A stretch of 64,000 nucleotides of DNA from Lytechinus pictus (Eukaryota). Below the pieces are notes generated by a model. It saw only the letters and a program-made list of their open reading frames with translations, did not search any database and had not been told where the DNA came from. Position 1 is the first letter of the stretch. Each line of letters starts with the position of its first letter. The stretch covers positions 11,596,001 to 11,660,000 of the forward strand of contig NC_087263.1 of NCBI RefSeq assembly GCF_037042905.1, given 5' to 3'. The position numbers and the translations under genes were made by a program. Shown here piece after piece: positions 25,048-37,270 of this stretch.

Positions 25048-25253
25048 CTATTATTTATTACCTAGCTTTAGCTCAAACAGCCTTCCAGCGCTCAGTGCTT
25101 TTTGCTGGGTACCCATTCACCTCACCTGGGTTGAGTGCAGCACAACGGGTTAAATTTCTTGCTGAAGGAAAACAAACCATGGCCGGAAAAAAACCCACAA
25201 CACTCTGATTCAGATGCGAGAGTCAGAACCACTATCTAGGCCACGACGCCCCC
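25048..25253 (-). mobile_element. tRNA-derived SINE
   Basis: Minus strand begins GGGGCGTCGTGGCCTAG..GTGGTT; body tgtgctgcactcaacccaggtg..gaatgggtacc is shared with the fragment at about 17410-17530. Confidence 0.7.
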
Positions 25254-27189
25254 ATACAGCGCTTTGTTGACGATCAGCCATACATTAAGTCTTTTGTTTA
25301 CCCTGCAATAGCTACAGTAGGGAATCTGTGAAAACACATTTGTTAAATGAAATAATACCAGCATCATTTCAAAGACACAAAACTTTCTGGACCATTTTCT
25401 GAGATTGAGGTATCAAATTAAAGAGCATATACTGTATCAAACTTTTTAGACATGTGACTTTCTTCTTGAAATTCAGATACATAGATCAATGTAAGCATAC
25501 ATGTACATAATTATATTATAATATATCAACAATGAATATTTTTCAAGGAATGACAGTAAAGCCTTGCAAGAATGGCACAATAATATGAATTTAGAGAATA
25601 TAAATTTACAAGCAATAGATGCATTAAAAAACTTATAGAAAATATATTGATGATGAAGGTGATGATGATGAAAATGAAGATGATGATAATGACGATGGTG
25701 ATGATGATGACGATAGTGATGATGATGATAATGACGATGATGGTAATGATGACAATATTGATGATGATGATAATGACGATGATGATGATGGTAATGATGA
25801 TGATGATGATGGTGTTGGTGGTGGTGATGATGGAAATGAAGGTAGTGATTATGATCGCGAAGAGATGACAAAATGATGATAAAATAAAGTTGATGATACA
25901 ACCACATGTAAATGCACTACAACAATGACTAAAAGATAATGAATTAGAACAATAATAGTATTCGCAAAGATAATCACTGTACATGTACTTCCCTTATCCA
26001 CTGATACATGAACATTCATTGAATAACGCAATACAAGAATACAGAGATGAACGAATTATACCTGTACCAGACTGTTCACAATACAACAATATAAACATAT
26101 TACACCATTGAAACTTCAAAGACGATGTGGGCTAGATGAATCATAACATGGCATCGTGGCGGGACCAAAGGCTAGTACGCACATTCTTTTGGAATGACTA
26201 AAGCTATGGAAAATACGATATATCCATGGGCATATTGTCTAATTGTAATTTATGGACATTAAAGCACCCAGTAGAAAGTAGCAAAATATTTCAAGAAAAT
26301 GAAAAACCCAATTTTTTTCCACCAGAGTTGGAGGGGTTATATTGTCACGGACACAATTGCTTATGAAAAAGAACAAAGAAACCCAGCATTTCCTATGAGC
26401 CTCGATTTCAAAGAGCTTTCCAAATTATTGTAGTAAAATACAGAAATTTAAGAGAATGCAAATTTTTTTAAAAATGTGCAAACAGTTGCATTTTTTCGCT
26501 GCCTTTTGTGATTTATTGTAGCCAATATTAGATGTAAGACTGCAGTATTTTATAACAATAATCAAAGAAAAATAATCATTGTACGGTACTTGTTTCCATG
26601 AAATGCTCCCCCGAATCACTATGGTAAAAAGCAACTATCTGCAAAGGGTCACAAAAGGGTCGTAATCTCAAATCACCCCCCCCCCCCCTCTTTATTTTTT
26701 TACTGTATGCTAGCCCATCAAGCATAAAACTTGCAATTTTAACAATGTCAACAAACACACGTAAAAGTAATTCTGATTTTTTTTTCCATAGCTTCTCATT
26801 CAATATCTCATTACATGTACTGTTTATCAGTACTTATCGACATCTTACATTGTTGATAATAGGTTATTGAAATGAATACATGTATTGTGTGACAATATGA
26901 CTACATGTAGATAGAAATGCATGTCTGCCAATCATGTTTGCGATTCCATGGCAGAACATGTACATGTATGTATGTCTGCTCAGAATACATCACCACCTTA
27001 ATAGTTCATCCTAAAAAACATGGAATTTCTCCCGGAGATCAATCGTAGATGAGTGCATTGGTAGCTCCATTGCGATGCATGTTTTTTTTATTCCTTTAGC
27101 AATATTACCATACCAGCTTGTATTTGCAGTTTGCTTTGTGAATCATAGCTTCCTCGAGCAGTTAGAAGTTGGGATAGGATGAAGTTCTG

Positions 27190-27207
27190 CTACGATGAAA
27201 CTTGCCA
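27190..27207 (-). CDS. SVIP: SVIP exon 4 coding part (WQVSS*)
   Basis: pyrimidine tract plus cacag| acceptor; TAG stop; AATAAA about 100 nt downstream (plus-strand tttatt at about 27087-27092). Confidence 0.9.
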   Translation of the reverse strand, partial: WQVSS

Positions 27208-30200
27208 CTGTGTAAAAAAGAAAGGATATAATTTGAAATACAATGTCTGCTCTATCCATGCAAATTTATTTTGATATCTATACAGCTGTCATTGATCTTC
27301 AATAGTCTGCAAGCAGACTCAAATTTGCAACTTCAAAAAAAAAAGAAAACATGTCTAGAGTGCAGACTAGACTCCAAACTCTCTGCCTGTGTCAAATAAG
27401 AGCCAGCCACAGTACATAGTGAATGTTCATGTAGTCTAACTACTTCAGATTTTGCATTATGCACTATACGAATTGCGAAAACCAAGGGTCTGTACCTGCA
27501 GATTATGTCTTTATGTTTCATCGGAGGGGGGGGGGGTTACATAAAGCTGTTCGCAAGTAGCGACTTTAAGATCGACTAATGATCCTTCTTAAACACGCTA
27601 AACCATCGCCAATGAACATTTTGGTGTGTTCCATTTACCACAAGAAAGGATATCCGGTCATTCTTAAAGTCACTCTTAACTTACTAAAAGCTTTATGAAA
27701 CACCCACCTGCTCATCAATACATCTATGAATACATACCTTTAACCCTCCTTGCCCCCCTGTATCCTCTACTTTGGCTGCTTTCCTTTCAGCTTCTTCTTT
27801 CTGTTGCAATTTCCTCTTCACTCCTTCTGGGTCTTTTAATCCTCGGCTCTCTTGCTACGGGGAATAAACAGTTTAAATTAAGAAAATATGAACCGGGGGG
27901 CCGTTTCATAAAACTGATTGTAAGTTAAGAGGGGCTTTAAGATCGACTGGTGATCCTTTCTTGTGGTAAATGATATTGACTATTAAATGTTCATTGGTGA
28001 TTATTTAGAGCGAAAGAAAGGTTCACCAGTCGTTCTCAAAGTCGCTCTTAACTTATTAACAGCTTTATGAAAAATCCATGGGGGGGGGCGTTTCATAAAG
28101 CTGTTTGTAAAATAAGAGCGACTTTAAGGACTGGTGATCCTTTCTTCCTCGCTAAGCCATCGCCAATGAAAATACCATTTACCACAAGAAAGGATCTCCA
28201 GTCGTTCTTTAAGTCGCTCTTAACTCAAGTCCTCAACTACTACTCATATCTGGCTCCTTACCATAATGCATCATTCTAAGCAGTGTAGTCTTGGAATATA
28301 AACCCACTTGAATGGTAACACACTAATTCACTGCTCATTACATTCAGAGTGCAACAATTTTTTTTTTCTTGTAGAGACATTTTAGATTCTCTATACATGT
28401 ACAAATGAAATTATAAGCAACTTATTTGCTGAATTATTAGTAATTCTCTAAAAGGTAGTTTTTAAGACTAGTAGCTACATGTACTGTATGCACATCATCA
28501 GTGACAGACCGCACACAGTTCACTCCCCCCCCCCCCCCTTTAAAACCTGCCTTCAGCTTTTGTAAAGCGTCATTATCATCAAACATTAAAGTAATAGTCC
28601 CTGAATGCATAAAAAAAAAACTATTTGGTCTTGAATCGGTCTATTTAGACCATACTATTCAGTTTAGTTTCCATTTTTTAGACTACCGGGTGTACCCATT
28701 TTGCCTAATACCCACTTAGTCTAACATCAGTCTCATGAACCCAATTTCAATTAGTGCAAAATGATAACAAGACAAAGTAGAAATAAGTCCAGAGTCCCGT
28801 TTCACAAAACTTGTCAGACAAATTTGCAATGACAATTAAAAGCTACTGAAATCCTTCAATCGGATTGGCTGATGATAATTTGTTACAAAAATTGTGCGTT
28901 ATGTAACAAAACTTTATTCATAGTCATGTAGGCCTACTAAATGAAATTTAAAACAGGCTTGTGTTTAACCAAGAGATGGTTGGGGAAAAAAATTTAAAAA
29001 ATGAAAGTGAGAAAAAATATATCCTGATACTGTCTCAACAGTCATAAAACTTGTTATACAAATTTGCAATGACAGTTAAAAACTACTGAAGATAAATTTG
29101 TTATAGAAATTGTGCATTTGTTATGTAACAAAACTTTATTCATACATGTAACTACTATGTGAAATTTAAAACAGGCTTTGAGTTTAACCAAGAGAGGGTT
29201 AGGGGGGAAATGAAATAAAAAGAAAAGTGAAAAAAAAATCCTCAAACTGTCCCAACAGTCATAAAACTTGTTATACAAATTTATAATGACAGTTAAAAGC
29301 TACTGAATATTAATTTGTTATAGAAATTGTGCATTTGTTATGTAACAGAATTTTATTCATATATGTAACTACTACATGTATATGAAATTTAAAACAGGCT
29401 TGAGTTCAACCAAGAGAGAGTTAGGGGGAAAATGAAATAAAAAGAAAAGTGAAAAAAAAAACCTCAAACTGTCCCAACAGTCATAAAACTTGTTATACAA
29501 ATCTATGACAGTTAAAAGCTACTGAATATAAATTTGTTATAGAAATTGTGCATTTGTTATGTAACAAAATTTTATTAATACAAGTCACTACTAAATGAAA
29601 TTTGACACGGGCTTGTGTTTAACCAAGAGATGGTTGAAAAAAAATTAAAGCGAAATAAAATATCCCGAAACTTTCAGAACAAAGAAAAATCTCTTCCATC
29701 CTTCTTATCCCTCCCTCACCTCCCATGAATTTGTTTTTTTTTTGCCCTCCTTCCAAACAAATCTTCTTTTCTATTACCTGAGTAAGTCTTTGTTCAGCTG
29801 CTTCCGCTTGTTGCCTCCGTTTTGTTTCCTAAGGGGAAAAAGATGAAAACAAAGGCTTCTTAGGTACTAATAATATAGAACTTGTTTCTCTTGAGCCACA
29901 CATCACACAAATTTATTGCAAATGCAATAAATTTTAAAAAATTGACTTTTGAGAGTAGAATCTAAGTTAGACCTACTCTTCTTCTTCCTTTGAAAACAGT
30001 CCTCTTTGTAAAATAGGTTCTACACTACAGTTATACTTGATTAATTAAAGGGGAACTCCACCCTGACAAAAAGTTTACTCTAAAAATAGCAGAAAAAATC
30101 ATTCAAAAAATTGTGGTGATGGTTTGAGAGAAATCCATCAAAGAATGAATAAAAAAAGTTATCGGAAAATGTAAAATTTGATTTATAACGTCATAAGCAG

Positions 30201-32984
30201 CTTTCCTACTTATCGTATGGTAAAAAATCAATGAAATGTCTTTTTCTCAGAATATTAAAAATGGTTTTTATCGTATTGTATTTAATACCAAACACTTTTC
30301 ATCAATTCAATCATATCAAACATATTATTCTCATAAATTTCACCAAACTTTCATACACAAATACCTACAAAATATATATTTGTAAAAATTTTGCCAAAAT
30401 TATTTTTTTAAACAATATCAGCTTCCAATCAGACCCTTCTTCACATATGAAATATTTTGGTCACTTGAAAACTGTATCATATTACCGAACATGTGTTTTT
30501 TAAAGGAAAAGTTGAGAAAACAACAAAATCACTGATGAGCTATTATGACCATATGTTATCATTTTGAGATTGTAAAGACTGAAAATTTGTTTTTGAGTTT
30601 TTCATCATCTTTCTAACGTTACATGTATTCAAGTTCCCTTTGGAAGGATGTTGCAAAGTTTTGAGCATATAAAATTATTTTCTGACGCACATTATGCGCG
30701 CGTTCGGTAATTACAAGGGCAGTCGGTATTACAATCACTCACTATACATGTACCTTCAGTATGTCATTATCAATACATAAATCATATCAAACCTGCTCCT
30801 TAAAAGAAAACTACATGTACTATGGGGCAGCTGCATGTTTGAAATAACAAATCAAAAATTTGAAATTCTAAGAACTTTCTTACTCTTGAAATAAATGGAT
30901 TTTCCTCAAACCTTCACCAATTTTTTTCCTGCTATTTTTACTTCAAAGTTTTTGTCAGGCTTAATGTTGGATCTAACTTATATCATCACCTTGTTCATTG
31001 AATGAGTGGACTCGGCCAGGCTTGATCAGCTCAGGCTCAGTCAGGGTGAACTTCCCCTTTTATTTATTAAAGTCAATTTATGAAGATTCATTAAATTGCA
31101 TTTGAAAGCAAAACACAAACATTCACAATTATTCTTGGCATTATCCTGGTTTAAGTCACCACTCCATTCACTGCCGTTCTGCGTTCATTTCGTCAGCGGC
31201 GGTGACTTCTTCATCTCCCATTGGGTGATTTCAAGTACGGTGTTGAAATCTGGTGTTGGTGTTGTGACAACACCAACACCAGCCACAACACCGTACTTGA
31301 AATCAGGCTGGTGTTGGGATTGACCTCGGAAAATATGACGTATTTCCGGCAGTTCGTGTTGAATGCTGGTGTTGAATGTCGTCTGCTGAACCCAGCACTG
31401 CGGCTGGTGTTGACGATCTACGTGCAATTTCCCCATTCACCAACACCAACCCCCAGGGATTGGGAAAATCATGATTTCAAGTTCGGTGTTGGTGTTGGTG
31501 TTGGCAATCTCAAGCTCGTGAACAGGCGGCGAACACGATGAAACATCCCCGTAAAATTAGCTTTTACAGTTAAGATGAGTACAAATCATTTGAGCTGTAT
31601 ATATTTTGATGAAGAATAATATTCACTCTTTCGAATTCTCGAATTAATTAAAACATTGGTATTCTGTACGATGAGAATTTAATGCATTTCTCTCCGATTT
31701 CATTTTCGTCGTCGAGACTTCTCGCGTGAAGTTGAGATGATTTAGCAGCGCAGCGCAGAGGCGTGACGTCATGTGCTATCGATAACGCAATCGGTATCAT
31801 TCCTCTGAACCCAGCTCGGTGTTGGAGCTCGGTTCAGCGGCCTTTTTACGCTCTCAACACCAACACCAACACCGAACACCGAACTTGAAATCACCCATTG
31901 TCAACGAGCGCACGCACACTGACACACATGAGAATAGAGGTGACTTATTTCAGGATAAGGCCTTATTCTTCATATATCATATGATGTAGGAATTATGAGA
32001 TGCGATGCCAAAGCAAAAATTGTATTAGACAGCTGGCAGCCGTCTGTTTCGACTTCGAGGAGTTTTTTAACATTTTTTTATTTTTTAAATTTCTCCTCTG
32101 TATTTGGTGAGTGAAGCCAACGGAGTTCAGCTGAACAACCAACATTAACAGAGACCGTAACCCAGGGAACTCCCGCCCGCACAGCGGGCGGGAGCCCAGG
32201 AGCTTACCGTGTATTTGACCATATTCACGGGACTAGCGTGATATATGGTCTAAATATTTCTCCAAATGAATTGTGAAAACAGAAATTATGCACTTACCAC
32301 GATTATAAAATATGGATGAAGCCTATAACGAGTGGCAGTTTCCTGACAACGAGGCACAGACTGGAACTTTAAAAAAACGAAAAGTTCTCTCCTTCTACCC
32401 AGTCTCGATCGGCCATTTTGTCATGTTTGTTACGATTGTTACGATTCATAACAAAAATTGCCGATCGAGACGGGGGTAGAAGGAGATAACTTTTCGTTTT
32501 TTTGAAGTTCCAGTCTGTGCCTCGATGTCAGGAAACTGCCACTCGTTAGACCTTCATCCATATATTATAATCGTGGTAAGTGCATAATTTCTGTTTTCAC
32601 AATTCATTTGGAGAAATATTTACTAAATTTAGACCATAAATCACGCTAGTCCCGTGAGTATGGTCAAATACACAGTAAGCCCCTGGGCTCCGGACTGCTG
32701 CGCGGACCGGAGCTCCCTGGGTTACAGAGACCGAAGCTTTTGGTCTAAAATTGTATCTGCTTAGTTTAAGGACATCCCCCCCCCCCCCCCATACGGAACA
32801 TTTTTGGACGAGTGTATTGTCCCACATACTCAAAACGGCGGGTGCTGAATTATTTAGAGCGATTCAATACCTGGATTTCACTCACATAAAACATAATGAA
32901 CGTTTGGAAAATAGGCAGACTTACCGGATCGACGTCTTCATAATCCTCCCTTGCTCCAAACAAGCATTCGTTACAAGCACCCAT
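27190..32984 (-). CDS. SVIP: Small VCP/p97-interacting protein (SVIP) orthologue, 4 exons, 81 aa
   Basis: Exons (minus strand) 32984-32925, 29828-29778, 27854-27738, 27207-27190 give MGACNECLFGAREDYEDVDP|ETKRRQQAEAAEQRLTQ|QESRGLKDPEGVKRKLQQKEEAERKAAKVEDTGGQGGLK|WQVSS*. All introns are phase 0 GT-AG. It has the MGxCxxC lipidation N-terminus, a VCP-interacting motif R-x5-AA-x2-R, SRG, and a C-terminal GGL(K/R)WxVS as in vertebrate SVIP. Confidence 0.95.
27523..28225. mobile_element. Three Harbinger-like palindromic MITE copies flanking SVIP exon 3 (about 27523-27710, 27892-28080, 28081-28225)
   Basis: Each matches cataaagctg..gcgactttaag..actggtgatcc..ccacaagaaagg..cttaaagtcgctcttaac. Confidence 0.8.
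27738..27854 (-). CDS. SVIP: SVIP exon 3 (QESRGLKDPEG...GGLK)
   Basis: cgtag| and |gtatgt. Confidence 0.94.
28800..29660. repeat. Tandem repeat, about 4 copies of a 220-240-bp unit, in SVIP intron 2
   Basis: Unit marker aaacttgt..acaaat..atgaca.ttaaaa.ctactgaa recurs at about 28807, 29047, 29264 and 29486. Confidence 0.9.
29778..29828 (-). CDS. SVIP: SVIP exon 2 (ETKRRQQAEAAEQRLTQ; VIM motif)
   Basis: cttag| and |gtaata. Confidence 0.94.
30049..31058. mobile_element. Kolobok-like non-autonomous element
   Basis: ttaa|AGGGGAACTCCACCCTGAC ... GTCAGGGTGAACTTCCCCT; TIR 17/19 match. Confidence 0.75.
31137..31962. mobile_element. Non-autonomous TIR element with an 8-bp TSD (TTATTCTT)
   Basis: TIRs GGC(A/C)TTATCCTG..TAAGTCACC; TSD at 31129-31136 and 31963-31970; internal (GGTGTT)n inverted arrays. 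Confidence 0.85.
32158..32724. mobile_element. Foldback / Mutator-like MITE with about 270-bp TIRs and a 9-bp TSD
   Basis: Nearly the entire element is an inverted repeat; CAGAGACCG at 32149-32157 and 32725-32733. Confidence 0.9.
32925..32984 (-). CDS. SVIP: SVIP exon 1 (MGACNECLFGAREDYEDVDP)
   Basis: acaATGg start context, donor |gtaagt. Confidence 0.92.
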
Positions 32985-33903
32985 TGTAAACAGACCTTTT
33001 TTATTGGCAAAAGAGTATCACTGTCTTTCAGTGTCACAGAAAAATCAACAAAACAGGATGGGGTATCCGAGAAGCGTCCAATTGAGCAAAAAAAATTGGA
33101 AGCTCGATCCAGGCACTATAACATCATGACCGGTATTCAATATTCAACGATGCATTTTCAAAATCAGCAGGGGCGGCTCGACCAGGGAGGGGGCAGGGAC
33201 AAGGGTCACCTGCCCACCCCCTAACACACAAAATATTTTTTTGTTTTCTTCTTCAAAATGTGAAGTATTACCCTTTAAAAAAATCTAAAGTCGCCTATAG
33301 GCCTATATAGCTCCCCCATAAAGTTTGAAAACTGTTCAACAGGATAACTTAGGGCTTAATAATCCAGTGTAAATTATTCTTCTCATGATTCGAGTTTTCA
33401 TTATTTACTTTACTTATTTACAAATACGCATCTATGATCTGAAAATGTTCAACTTGTGCTATGCGATCGCTTTCATTGTTTAGCTAGATTTATTGTTTTG
33501 TTACTCTCAATTCACTTTCATTATTCTAGTATACATTTTTTATTTTAAAACTGCCTATATTGTTTTCTTCATTGCTCAAATTCGGATTTTTTTCTTTTAA
33601 AGTAAAGGAGTAAAACTTGTTCTGTGTCTCGGGCCTTAGTTGATCATTTAAAAAGTCAAAGATTTCACGCGTAAATTACTTCTTTCATCATCATCATCAT
33701 CATCCGTATATCATCATCATTATCATCATCATCATTACCATCATCATCATCATCATTACCGCCACCACCATCATTATCATTTATGAGGCGGCACTTATTA
33801 TAATGTGCCTATAGGTTTTAGCTCAAGCTGGTAAATGCAATTATTTTGTATGCATTTCAGTAGTAAAATAAAATAACAGTTATTAAGCTCTATCTTTTAA
33901 CCT

Positions 33904-34135
33904 ACACAGCAAAAACTGTGGTGTCAACCGGTGTACACAGAGGACCACACCAATTATTTTACACCGGTGCCGTGAATTGGTGGTGTTAGTTTTACACCTA
34001 TAGATGTCATTACAACACCTGGTTGTTACATTTACACGCTTTGGTGTTATTTTTAATCTCTAGGGTGTAATTTCAACACCTCACGGTGTGGTCCTCTATT
34101 GGTGTCAGTTTTAACACCGCAGTTTTTACAGTGTA
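33904..34135. mobile_element. Palindromic MITE with TA-flanked CAC...GTG ends
   Basis: tacacagcaaaaactgtggtgt ... acaccgcagtttttacagtgta. Confidence 0.7.
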
Positions 34136-37100
34136 GCTTCTTCTGGAACACATCTCTCGTAATGGTTCGACTGCTCTTTTGTTACTTTTATGTGTTTTTG
34201 AATGATAGGCCTATTTTGTTCTTCCTCTTCAAACATGAAAATTACAAAAATAAATATACATGATAGCTAGTCAATCAAAACGTATACACGGATACTACTG
34301 TCAATTTGATTTGTTTTCTTCAATTCAATGGTTTATTCAATTCCAATAAAAATCAATACAATACAAGATAATTATAGAGTAATAACATTGCACTGCAATG
34401 ATAAGGCAAGCAAACAGGAAATTAACATATACACGATGCCATTACCATGAAACAAAATATTGGCATTGGGTGGTTTATTACTGAGGGATATGACAAACTT
34501 AGTGAAATTACCTGTTAAGCACCAGGTAATAATTTTTTTTTTTAAAGTTAACTCAAATCTTTCTATATATTTCTTCCTGTTCCATATAGGACGAGCATCG
34601 AGTTCAACTTTCCAAACCCATAGCAAATTAAAAGAGGAAGATATATTCACTTTGGCATCAGACCACATAGCATACCTACGGGGGGCAGACTGCCCCCCCC
34701 CCCTGACGAGTCACAACCCATGCAAGAGACGTATCCCTGCCCCCCCCCCTGACGAGTCAAAACTGATCCCTAGCCCGTTCCTTTGAACTTGAAGACCTTT
34801 TTTTTTTTGCTTGTCAATTTTTTTTCTGGTACGAAATGCCTTTATTTGTGGTTGAAGATCTTTTTTTTATTTTTTTTTGCCCCCCCCCCCGTGGAAAATC
34901 CTAGGTACGCCACTGCATCAGACCCATCCCCCTATAATACCCCTTCCCCTCCTCCATTCCTCTGCACTATGTGCTACCACACCCCTTAATTTTAACCATA
35001 TAGAATAGAAAACACAGGACACTAATCAAATCTACATCCAACCACACCCCAGCACATAAGTCACTCAAAAAGCAACAACATGTTTTTATCAAGGATTTTA
35101 TTTAAATGAGTTACATTAACTCAAGGTTAATAAATTACCAGATTTACAAATCTCCATGTTATATAAACATGATATACAAAATATTTACACATAAAACTGA
35201 AGCAAAATAGTGATGGAATGAAATGCCTAAGAAATATATTTCTTTACTAAAACAACTAAACTGATCCTGAACCTTATGTAAACCAACAAAATATGCATGA
35301 ATGATTTGCAGAAAAATTCCACATATTATCATTGCATACCTAAACCATTTTACATCAAGCTTCCACATACAATGAAGGGGGGGTCACATTCATTTACATT
35401 TTACCCACCCTCGTACGCACAAACACACCCCTCTCAACGACATCAACTCTATTTCTCTCACTCTCTCTAACACAACACACACACACGAGTGGCGTGGGAA
35501 CGATTTTTTGAGAGAGGGTGCTCTGTTGGCGAAAAAAGGTGACCAAAAAAGGTTTCCGTTCATTAAGAAGGTGATTTGGGTGGTAAACTTTGGGTAAGTT
35601 TGACAAGCGAAAAAATGGACAAACACGAAATCTGACAAGAAAAAAAAATTCAAATGTAAACATAGTTTCAATAAAACGTCCTACACTCAACTTCACTCTA
35701 TTTCGCCGACCATGAACTTTTTTGTTTGTACAAATCATGAGTTTACTATAAATGAAACGGTTTCAAATGAGATGAAGAATTGATTGGCATGGTTATCTGC
35801 ACCGGGGACGTCCCCGGTTGATGGGTAAAATGCAAGAAAATAGCCCCATTAAGTAGGTCATTACAAACCCACACACAATCACACACACGCACCCACATTC
35901 ATGCTTGATCGTATGAAATGAGCGCATAAATTAGTCACACAAATAGAACGATTATCAACAAGATAAACTGTTAAGAAGAGATAAATATTTCGTAAATGAA
36001 AAAAAATAGCAATAGGCCAAATATGCATATTATTATGAAATAAGAACAAATTTTTTCTAGACTGGGCTAAAACCATATTTTTCAAACAAAATTTCAAAAA
36101 AATGCTACATTTTAGAAGCCAAATCAAGCCATGTTATTCAATTGATTTTCTAGGCCTCAAAGGAAAATAAATATGTGATAGCTCAAATGTCTATTATTGC
36201 TCCTGACATTATTATTGGAAAGACTAACCTATCTACAAGTCATGATCTATAATGATAGATTTTTTGTTTAGATCTTAACTGATCCAATCTTATTCTATTT
36301 TACTTTCACTGTCAATTTGCGTACCAATCGGTGGTGGACAGGGAGCTACTTTTATCAATTCAAAGTAGTTGAATTTTGGCACATTTTTTGTTTGTTTAAG
36401 TTTTCCGATAAACATGATAAACAAGAGAAGTGGTCAGGCATTCAAGTTGTACTAAATTTGAATTTCTTTTCTTCGTTTTCATCTATTATAAGCTTAAAGT
36501 ACAATATTTTTTTTTTTAATGGGGGGGGGGTGAAAATTTATATGAAAGGCTGTATCACGAATTGAATAAAAACATGAATAACAATAGTTGTAAAAGATCT
36601 TTCTCTTACCGAGCTGCATCTGAATTCAACATAATCCCTTTGTGCGTGCGTAATGTCACCACTTTCAATTCTTTTAAAAATACATTTTTGAAATATATCT
36701 GTGCTAAATGAAATTAAACCACTGATTTGTACCGGGGGGAGGGGGTAGGTGTAGGATATATGATTTTTCTTTGTTTTTTAATGATTTCTTTTATGTGTCT
36801 GATGGTCAACTTTCTTATTTTATGGTAATCATAGCCTTTTTGTAAGTAAACTGGCTCCATGGAAGACCAGCAGCAATGCATTATTGCAGCTGAATATGGA
36901 CTACCAGCCGTATAATTTACTTTATTTCTTACCTTTTATTATTGTATCTTAACATTGACCCCATCATCTCATGTTATATGTATTTGTATGTACTTTGTAT
37001 CTGTTATATTATATGCGGAAATAAAACAAACAAATAACATAATTGGGGAGGGGGTAAACGAACTAAAATGCAAAAACCTTAGAACCTGGTATTTCTTTGA

Positions 37101-37230
37101 GGATTCGAAATCTGCATACAAATGCATTGTGGATTGAGAATACAATAATGATAATAACTATAACATTTATAAGGCGCTTGATCATACGAATGTTTCTTAG
37201 CGCTGGATTTTCTGTACCAGGGCTGTAAAT

Positions 37231-37270
<40 letters not shown>

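Noticed and set aside
32751..33224. 157-aa plus-strand ORF
   Set aside because: Antisense to SVIP exon 1 and its promoter, with no recognisable domain.
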